Positions 52,993-64,000 of a stretch of DNA of 64,000 nucleotides are shown here, in pieces. A program made the translations under genes and the position numbers. Positions within the stretch are counted from its first letter, which is position 1, and every line of letters starts with the position of its first letter. The notes under the pieces were generated by a model. It saw only the letters and a program-made list of their open reading frames with translations. It was not told the origin of the DNA and did not search any database. The DNA comes from Eledone cirrhosa (lineage: Eukaryota). Location of the stretch: assembly GCA_964016885.1 (NCBI GenBank), contig OZ024745.1, positions 39,990,001-40,054,000 of the forward strand. The letters are read 5' to 3'.

Positions 52993-54890
52993 CCTGAAGG
53001 ATCATAAATCAAACTTTAACTCAAATCCTTCTATAAGACTTATATGTCCCTCCAAATCTGATATTGGAATAATTAGCAAAAAAATTTTGGATAGAGTCAT
53101 CCCACAAATAAGAAAACACGTTATTTTACCACTCTGGGAAAACACTTCCCAGGTAATTAACTGGTTTAAAAATATTAGATGTAAATCTTCTGCTTCATTT
53201 CTACAATTTGATATAGATAATTACTATTCATCTATATCACCTATACTCCTGAACAAAGCATTGATATTTGCTAAAAATAGATCTAACTTAACTTTGGATG
53301 ACATTAATATTATTACACATGCTAGACTAACACTTATTGAATTTCAGAATGAATACTGGACCAGAAACACATATTGTAATCTATTTGATATTACTATGGG
53401 TTCAAGCGATTCCGCCCAAATTACTGATCTTGTGGGCCTCTTTCTCCTTTTCAACATAAATGCCTCCTTTCCCCACCTTAAAGGTGGTTTATATCGTGAT
53501 GACTGTCTTCTTCTTTCCAACAACCTTAGCCTTTCAGAAATAGAAAAAAACAAAAAGCATATTAGAACTTTCCTTAAAGACTATTATAGTCTTCATATTA
53601 CTTTTGAAAAAACAAGTAAAGTAGTAAATTTCCTAGATATAACTTTAGACTTAGCTACGGGTATCTACCAACCTTACCATAAACCCAACCAAAACTTACA
53701 CTACATACACTCACAATCTAATCACCCTAAATCTATCCTTAAAAACCTTGCATATAATATATCACTTAGAATTTCTAACCTTTCTTCTAACCAAGATGTA
53801 TTTGATAAAAATGCGACCTTCTATAACGAAGCTCTAGATAGAAGTGGCCACAAAAATAGATTAGAATATATACCTTCTACTAAAAATACTATAAACATAC
53901 AACCTAATATTACCAACAAACACCAAATGAAAAGTACACACCTAAATGCCACCCACACTATACCCCCAAAATACCAACTCTTCTAATATAAAGTATAGTA
54001 ACTCTCAAAAAACTACTCATCATACAACTCTAATAAATGTTAATAATAAAACTCCTAATAAACAAGATAAAACACCTAAATCTACAAATCTAACTAAAAA
54101 TGTGCGTGGTGAGATCATTAACATTAATCCTCCTAGTAAACATCACGATACAACCTATACAAATAATAAACAACATAGAAACCGTAATAGACGGGTTACT
54201 TGGTATAATGCTCCATTTAATTTACAAATTAAGGATAATATTGCTAAAAAAATTTTTTATATCCTAGAGAAAAACTTCCCGCCAAACCACAAATACCATC
54301 AAATCTTAAGTAGGTCTACAGTTAAATTCTCATACTCAACAACAAATAACATAAAACAAAATATAAGTGCCTATAATGCATATAAATGTAAGAATACCAT
54401 AAGCATACCACCAATACATCAAATTAACCATAATATCTCCTCAAATACAGAATTAACGAAAGGTTGTAACTGTAGAAACAAAGCAAACTGCCCATTAAAA
54501 GGAAATTGTCTTGTTAACAACATAGTTTATAAATGTAATGTTAAAACTAAAGATTCTATTTGCTCATATATAGGAGCTACTTCTAACAATTTTAAGGCAA
54601 GGTTTAATACCCACAAACATAGTTTTAAAAATGCCGCACTGGCTAATACAACATCTCTAGCAGAAAAAATCAATAGTTATAAAAATAAGAATATAGAATA
54701 TGATTTGACCTGGAGTGTGCTCAAAAGAGCCACCCCTTATCAAAATAATAGAAATGAATGTAGATTATGTTCCCAAGAACTATTTGAAATAATGAAATCT
54801 AAGGATATCCTATTAAATAAACGACAGGAATTAATTATATCGTGTAATCATAAACTAAGAAAAACATTTAAATATTATAAACCTAATTAA
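52993..54890 (+). pseudogene. Naiad PLE RT plus GIY-YIG, 5'-truncated, one frameshift at ~53950-53986
   Basis: LKDHKSNF..IRLICPSKSDIG, LQFDIDNYYSSI, FDITMGSSDSAQ, GLYRDDCL, NFLDITL; WYNAPFN, GCNCRNKANCPLKGNC, VYKC..YIG, CRLC..E, CNH. Confidence 0.9.
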
Positions 54891-55800
54891 TAACATTATT
54901 TTAGAATTTAATATATAATTTAATTTAAATGTTAGTTAACCTATAAATTTAATTTAATTAAAATTCTACTACAGATGAGATTATAAAATATTGTGTAATC
55001 ATAAATTGTGAAAAACTTTTAAATATCACTAATATATACTTCGTAAATTAATTTATAGATTAATTTTAATTTATTTAACCTTTTATTAAAATTCCTTTAC
55101 AGATAAAATATAACAAAATATCGTGTATTCAATGACAGAGAAATAATTTTTAGTATTATAGACCTAATTAATGTACATTTTAGAAATATATTTATAATTT
55201 GGTTTTAAATTTGGTCAACCTAAAAATTTAATTTAATTGGCTTAAAATTGATATCCTAATACAGATGGGTTGCAGAGTGTCATGTAATCATAGACTGAGA
55301 TAGGTTTTGGATCTATACCTAGTTAATATATTCTTTGCAATTTTTGAAAAAATATGTATATGTATGTATATATATGTATATGTATATATATATATGTATA
55401 TGTATATGTGTATGTATTAATTTTAATTTTCTGTTTACCTATAATTATATTCTACTATAGATAAAATACAATATCTGTTTTAATTATTATAAACCTAATT
55501 AACATATACTATAGAAATTAATATATAATTTTTAATTTAGTTAACCTATAATTTATATTCTACTACCGATGTAATACTTTATTTGTTTTTTCCCTATTAC
55601 TAAATTCATTTCCTAATATTGATACCATAACGTTAATAATTTTAATTTAGTTATACTATTATTAATACTCTACTACTATTTAACTTCAAAATTCCGCTTC
55701 AAATATTATAAACCTAAGTAGTATACACCTTAGAAATCAATATATTAACTATCCTTAATTTAGTTAACCTATGGTTAATGGTATAATTATATTGAAATGC
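54840..55800 (+). repeat. Degenerate ~130-200 bp tandem repeat starting in the last codons of the Naiad ORF
   Basis: Recurring gtaatcata../tattataaacctaatt../ttagttaacctat motifs at ~54841, 54992, 55121, 55281, 55484, 55701. Confidence 0.65.
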
Positions 55801-56048
55801 ATAATTTTGCCTTCTCCCTTACATTTCCTAATACTGAAACTATGTAAACACATATTATGATCTAAATGCAGATTAATATTCTATGTTTCTTGAAACCTAT
55901 ATTTACTATAATCCCCCCCCCCCTACTATTATTATTTGTATTTGTAAGCGTGGATGTATGTATGTATATGTAGGTAGGTATGTATGTTTGGGTGTTTGTA
56001 TGTGAGTATAAAAATACATATCTGCGCATGTAAATAAGGGTGTATGAT

Positions 56049-56079
<31 letters not shown>

Positions 56080-56259
56080 GTGTATATATGTATGTGTATA
56101 TATATGTGTGTATATATATATATGTATATGTGTGCGTATATATATGTATATATGTATTTATGTGGGTATATGTGTGTATGTATATGTATGCACATGTATA
56201 TGTCTATGTGTATATGTGTGTATGTGTATATGTGTACGTATGTGCGCATGTATATGTGA

Positions 56260-56311
<52 letters not shown>

Positions 56312-56393
56312 TATATTATATATATGTATATATATATATATATATATATTTGTAGTTGATGTGTGTATGTGTGTGTATATATATATGTGTATG

Positions 56394-56430
<37 letters not shown>

Positions 56431-56540
56431 GTATGTGTGTATGTATATATATATATATGTATATGTATGTGTGTGCATATTTGTCTGACTGTGTGTATTA
56501 ATTTATTTATTTATTTATTTATCTTATTTCTTTATTTTTT

Positions 56541-56571
<31 letters not shown>

Positions 56572-56594
56572 ATATATATGTATATATATATATA

Positions 56595-56659
<65 letters not shown>

Positions 56660-56898
56660 ATGTATGTGTGTGTGTGTGTATATATATGTATGTGTGTATG
56701 TATGTGTATGTATGTCTGTTTTTGTGTGAGCGTGTGGTGGTGTCTGTATGTATATACGCTTACATGGATGTGTATGTATGTGTATATATGCGTATATGTA
56801 TGTGTGTATGTGTGTGTGAGTATATATGTATGTCTATGTATGAGTATGTATGTGTGTGTATGTATGTGTGTATATATATGTATGTGTGTATATGTATA

Positions 56899-56949
<51 letters not shown>

Positions 56950-57031
56950 TATGTGTGTCTGTGTGTGTATATATATATCTTTATATATATGTATGCGTAA
57001 GTGTGTGTATGTATGTGTCTATGTATATATA

Positions 57032-57078
<47 letters not shown>

Positions 57079-57193
57079 GTATATGTGTATGTGTGTATAT
57101 GTATATATATATATGTATATATTTATATGTGGGTATGTATGTGTATGTGTGTATATACATGAGTGTGTTTATATATGTGTGTAGATATGTGTG

Positions 57194-57272
<79 letters not shown>

Positions 57273-58254
57273 GTGTGTTGTGAATGTATATGTATATATC
57301 TGTATGCGTATGTGTGTATATATATATATATGTGTGTATATGTGTATATGTCTATGTATTTATATGTGTATATGTATGTGTCTCTATATGTATGCGTGTG
57401 TGTATGTATATGTGTATTTATATGGTGTGTGTATGTATATGTATGTGTATGTATGTGTTTGTGTATATGTGTATGTATATGTATGTATAGGTATGTATGT
57501 GTATATATATATATATATATATGTATGTATATGTATGTATATCGATGTATATTTTATATTTTACTTGTTTATATATATGTCTGTATGTATATATATATGT
57601 GTATATATATATATATATATGTGTCTGTATGTATATATTATATATATATATTTTCTTGATATATTTCTTTTTTCTTTTTCTTTTCTTATCATTTCTAAGT
57701 TTATAGATACATTTATAAATAGGCAGTCTGCTGACACCGGTGAATACTGACCTCTCCCCCCCCACCTACTTTCTGTATCTGGATCTAAATGTGTATGGCA
57801 GTGTTTATGTGCGCGCATTAATATCCATATGCTTATGATAATAGTATATACACACATATATATGTGTGTGGGGGTGTATGCGTGTATGTATGTTCGTGGT
57901 TGTGTGTTTGTGTATGCGTATACGCGCGTGTGTGTGTGAATGTACGTATATGTGTGAGTATATGAATGTGTGTATATATTTATTTTATATTTATATATGT
58001 GTGTGCGTATTTTATCTGTAGATTATAAACATACAGAGACATTAGCCTTGAATTTTTGTATTTACATACATCTTTTTGGCAGGCGTATGCATGTGAACAT
58101 ATATCTTTATGCATGTCTGTGAACGAAGTTACTTATATGCATATATATACACACACCTAACTGTATAAACTTTTTGTATTTTCATTGGTCAATTTGAACT
58201 CTGTTCCCAAACAGACCTGTAATTTTGAATTGTTGTTATTATCAATAAATATAT

Positions 58255-58408
58255 TTCATTATTTCTGAAGACGGCATATATATGTGTTTGGTATGTATAT
58301 TTAATTTTGATAGTTTGTTAATTTTGTATAATTTTGTACATAGATCTGTTGAATATGCATGCCAATTCTAACACATATATATCCTAGAAACGATCGTTAA
58401 ATAATGAA
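58255..58408 (+). ncRNA. Type I hammerhead ribozyme with long stem II (right arm)
   Basis: ttcattattt-CTGAAGA-..atatatatgtgtt...aacacatatatat..-GAAA-cgatcg-TT-aaataatgaa; 10-bp stem I. Confidence 0.75.
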
Positions 58409-58462
58409 CTTTTTTTGTTTAATATAAGGAACTGTTTCATTGTTTTATTCATTATTTTTTTA

Positions 58463-58624
<162 letters not shown>

Positions 58625-58758
58625 TTTATATATATAAATATATATATATATATATAATATTAAGGATACTATTTATGGTTAGGTATATATTAAAACTTTT
58701 TTAGTTATGTATATTTTAAACCCTAAAGAGTGAAGGTCAATTATGTGTACATATAATA

Positions 58759-59094
<336 letters not shown>

Positions 59095-59649
59095 GATCGA
59101 GATCGGTAGATAGATAGTTACTTTGAAACATTATTCGCTATCACACAACAACGTCGCTCTATATCTACCTTATAAGCGCGATGTTTATTTTAAATTATTG
59201 TGACAATAATGCATTTATCGGCATAGGTGGTGTGTAAAATCCATTCCCTTCGGTGAAGACCGGTTATGAGGTTGAAATGTTTCCAGATTAATTGAAATTC
59301 AAGGAATCTGGTCATAATCAATTTTATTGTACAGGGAGTACGAATATCTATCTGACAACTCCTATACAAATCTGTTGTATTGATAACATCTGTCTTTAGG
59401 ACAATGTCAAGTAAAAACTGGTAAGTAGAAAATACTACATTATGATTTCTAAATATTATTACAAGAGACTTCAGTTCCTCGAGACGTTAAATTACTGTGT
59501 GGCCTTCACAATACTGTTCACTGCTGCATGTAGTTAACTCGGTTCCAGGCATTTATTTCGCGCAAATGTAATATTTAAGACTACGTGAACTGAAAGATGA
59601 GAGATATTGAAATATATAATTCTTCAATATTTTCACAGGTAAACTTGTA

Positions 59650-60450
59650 ATAATGTTTGGTTCGGGAGAGAGCTCTCCAAGCGCTGCTGCATCAAGTCTT
59701 TTCATTAACTATACATCTGGCTCACAAATACTGACTGACCGGAGTGCCAGGAACTGATTCTCACAATTCCGTTCCATTGATTACAATCTTGATGATAGAC
59801 CACGCGCAAGATAACCATTCCATTTCAGTTACGAGCAACTGTGTGATCTGCCGTAAGCCGACCCACGCAAGGCATCTCATCATCTCTCCAAATTTATTGG
59901 AACATTGGAAAATACCAACCTTAATCATGTGCTTGCAAACAAAGTCTTGAAGGTGGACCAATGTATGTCCCACTGTCTCATTGATCGTAATGGTGAATGT
60001 CGTAGTGAATGCCGGACACCAGCATAATTTCTGATTTCTATTGCCAACGTGGTCGAATAGCGGCGAAAATGGCACCGGTGTAACCACACCATGGTCAGTC
60101 CTATTCAATTTCTTCATTATAATGCAACGAGGATGTTCTGTGAGAAGCTGCTGGTGGTAGATCAAGAGGTTGTGCACCAACCACCGCATTTTCCCAACCA
60201 CGCGCCTACAGATTATTTCCCAATGTGCAATGCAATGACGTCAAACACCGTCTTTAATGAAAACAGGTTAAACCGGGGACTGATGGCTTTTTTTGTATCT
60301 AAGACAGACGAATTCTACGGGGATGGAACCATGTTTCTTAATAAAATATGGCACACTGTAATCGAAAATGATGGCGATCATTTTAACTTGTAATATACAC
60401 TAAACAATACAAAATTCGAAAAACGAGAACCTTCTGTCCAACATAAACTA
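59650..60450. pseudogene. Degenerate mariner transposase remnant, apparently internally inverted
   Basis: 60091..60393 (+): FLHYNA, HQPPHFPNHAPTDY (cf. HPPYSPDLAPSDY), FY..G..L..IW..VIENDG; upstream part reads mariner-like on minus. Confidence 0.6.
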
Positions 60451-60791
60451 TTCAATGCCATTCACTTCAAAGAGTCAGTAACTTAATAGACAGTTTCGAA
60501 TGTTACAATTCAGCAGTTGAGGTTGTAGCTGAATGTAACCTTATAATTCCAGTATGTCTTAAGAGCATGAATATCTCTTTTTCTACTTGTACTACTATGC
60601 ACAAGGCACACGAAACTTTCATCTCACACATTGTAAAGTTCACGTATGTATGTGGGTATGTACATTTGTATGACATAGATTCATACACACACGCAGGCAC
60701 ACACACATACACACACACATATGTATATATATATATATAAATATGTGTGTTTGTGTGTGAATGTGTGGTTATGTATACAGAAACATATATG

Positions 60792-60821
<30 letters not shown>

Positions 60822-60826
<5 letters not shown>

Positions 60827-61011
60827 AGGATACAAAGGACGATTGATTATTCCTTCATTGCATTTATTGATAGGTGACGCGCGTTTCGCCACTGATCAGC
60901 TCAAGGTTCGATCTATATTGATCCTACCCGACTCAATAATCGGCAGCTCGTCGGACCCTCTTAAAATGCTATAAGAAAACAAAACTGCAGTATCTCCTAG
61001 TTACACCCACT

Positions 61012-61014
<3 letters not shown>
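60822..61014 (-). mobile_element. Short pLTR-end insertion of the 1-5462 family, with hammerhead 60872-60959
   Basis: Reverse complement of ~5202-5360, then plus-oriented ctcctagttacacccactgg as at 5442-5461; (TA)n flanks. Confidence 0.8.
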
Positions 61015-61066
<52 letters not shown>

Positions 61067-61316
61067 CATATATAATATATATATATTTACATATATATAT
61101 ATATATATACATATGTATATATATATATATAAATATTTATATATATATATATAAGTGCTCAATATTTAGGGTAGTAGAGTAAGTAATAGGAAAATGTTTA
61201 ACCCCGACGGCAGAACTGAAGCCGCTTAGACGGGTATTCCTGGACTGAAATAGCTGTTGAAATGGCTTGAGCTCTGCCGCCTGGGTTAAACATTTTCCTA
61301 TATATATATATAGGTA

Positions 61317-61431
<115 letters not shown>

Positions 61432-61574
61432 GTATATATGTAACACACGTAACACACGCACACAGAAATATATATATATATGTGGGGGGGGGGCATGTGT
61501 GTGTGTGTCAGTGTGTGTTAGCTATATGTTTATTTAACTTCACTTTCTCTCTCCTTTTTGATATATATATAGAG

Positions 61575-61670
61575 TAACAATAATAAATTTGAAAACTAAA
61601 ACCCAAAGAGGGCTCGACAAGGGTGAAAGCAGCGACTCTTTGTTTAAATTTAATCTGTTATTTTAATAAA
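61575..61670. mobile_element. Short inverted insertion of the 41775-45690 PLE family terminus
   Basis: caaagagggctcgacaaggg joined to opposite-orientation gggtgaaagcagcga..ctttg..taatctgttattttaataaa. Confidence 0.65.
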
Positions 61671-61848
61671 TATATATATATATATATATATAAATATATG
61701 TATATATATATATATATATATATACATACGTATATATATATAGATATATATATATACATATATATGTATATATATATATATATATATATAAAATGGAATA
61801 GAATGAAATGAAATTTCATTTCTCACTCTTAGTACGGCACTTACTTAA

Positions 61849-61954
<106 letters not shown>

Positions 61955-61998
61955 GTCTGTGTATGTTTAACTTAACTTCACTTTCTCTCTCCTTTGTG

Positions 61999-62066
<68 letters not shown>

Positions 62067-62560
62067 AACGAGAGAGAAAGTGAAATTAAACATACACAGA
62101 CAGCATACACATATATATAGAGACTAAGTTAATCCAATATATTAACTAAATTATCTCCATCATTGTTCAGAACGGACAAAATAAATGAATGAAAGGAAAT
62201 ACCAAAGTTATTTATATATGAATAATATGAAAGAAACAAATACAAATCTTTAACAATTTAATGAAAGCAATAAATGTCATTTACTGTAAATCATATCTCA
62301 TTAAGTATTGTTGTTTTTATTATTAACACGTTCTTTTTACCAAGTTTCATATGGGAGAAATTTTTTAATTTTATCAGTGTGTGAGAAAGACACAGCAAAT
62401 TGATATCGACAGTAAACACATATATTTGAATGTATTATCATGTATGTCTCTTTTACCTTCATATATATTTTGAAATATGTGTAAGATTAATTTCAAAATA
62501 TTTCAAGCTAACTTCACACACATTGTGTCACACACGCACGCGCACACAAATATATATATA

Positions 62561-62673
<113 letters not shown>

Positions 62674-63844
62674 ATGTGTGTGTGTGAGTGTGTGTTAGCT
62701 ATATGTTTATTTTTACATGTAATGTGACGAAATAAGGAGTAAAATGTGCGTCTTACATACCTTCTATTTTTTTGTGGGGGCCGGGGGTAAAGCATTGATT
62801 TCACTGGTCATTTATTCAAATAAACCACTCCTGGAAGTCTCATGTTTGGAATTGAGATAGACATTAGCGCATTTTAAACCATGGATGATGTTGTTTTTTT
62901 GCGTGGGTGCAAACACAACATTTGCTTGACCAATTTGTGTTTGAACTACATATTTTATAGATATTTATTCAGTAAAATAAAACATCCGTCTATAGGTAGT
63001 AAGCCAGGTCTGACCAGGGGAAATATCTAACACTTCTTGGAATTGAAAAACAAATAATAAGTGAATATGAAAATATAAATTTAAATTAGAAATAAGTACA
63101 ATAAAATAGAAAATAGGGAAGGACAACTGAAGACAAAAGAAGTATAAAAATGAAATAAAATAAAGAAAAAAATGGGAAACATGTGAAACTGTAAAGCAGC
63201 AAGGTGGTTCTGTTGTTGAATCTTTTCGAAACCTCCTTGTATTATAAGATTTTGATAATAAATCGGTTATCTTTTACAAAATATGGGTATCTCTTTTTAA
63301 CTGAGCGGCTACAAAACGTACTCTTTGTCAGGCTGATTGTTTTACGTTGGCACGAAAAGTACCAAATTGTTTCTGGAAAGTCCCTACAAGAACGTTGAGG
63401 TAATTCTCTTTGACCAGTTTTGGTAAAATGTAAGTCAATGGTATATGCCCAGGTTGAAGTCAGCGTAGTCTTATTTTTATTATCATTGCTTAGTGTCTGA
63501 TGTGATTTAGATATTGTCATATCCGGTTCAGAAAGTGGAAGATTGGTATGTGAGTGCGTATCTCTAGATTCTTCCAGAATACAGAGCTACTTTGGGGCGA
63601 GTGTTTATGTTCTGACTCCATCTAAACGCATAAGAGCAGCATGGAATTTGATAGCTCAAGTGTTTTGACTCCGATTGAGACGTCCCCAATCACCTCAATC
63701 TTTCAAGTGCACCATTCATCTCTTCTTATCTCGCTTTATCAACTCCCTCCGATAATGCCATCAAAATGTGTTTCCCCACACACTCAGACGCACAAACACA
63801 CACCCACACATACACACACACACACACATATATACTGTATATAT

Positions 63845-63960
63845 ATAGGAAAATGTTTAACCCCGCCGGCAGACCTCCTTCGTTATATATATATAGTAAT
63901 AATAATAATAAATGTGAAGAGTAAAATCCGAAGAGGGCTCGATAAGGATAATATATATAT
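63845..63960. mobile_element. PLE terminal fragments
   Basis: taggaaaatgtttaaccccg..ggcaga matches 61187-61214; aaatccgaagagggctcgataaggataa matches 44988-45016. Confidence 0.55.
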
Positions 63961-64000
63961 AACATAATATATATTTTAATAATTATATATATATATATAT

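Noticed and set aside
62715-63600. Possible DNA-transposon relic
   Set aside because: Only vague similarity; short ORFs without diagnostic motifs

Overview
AT-rich eukaryotic (invertebrate, most likely cephalopod/octopus-type by its SINE and microsatellite content; inference) repeat-dense window with no confidently identifiable host gene. Nearly all YI/CV/HT-rich ORFs in the track are microsatellite artefacts. Three layers are visible. (1) A 19-kb head-to-tail array (about 13290-32400) of at least 8 R4/Dong-clade RT+restriction-like-endonuclease retrotransposons from two divergent families, each separated by (TAA)n. It includes one intact 1216-aa copy. The three long copies share a homologous, apparently modular ~0.5-0.7 kb leader, and family A has a pseudoknot-like 5' RNA. 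(2) Many Penelope-like elements (PLEs), mostly Naiad-type (YRDD RT, CNC..CPL.G.C, C-terminal GIY-YIG). They sit in (TA)n tracts as fold-back or inverted structures, including an ~8.4-kb palindrome whose pLTRs are made largely of microsatellite. At least six distinct type I hammerhead ribozyme families with palindromic stem III are readable by eye. (3) Older relics: tRNA-derived SINEs, an RTE fragment and a rearranged mariner. Coordinates of degenerate features are approximate.
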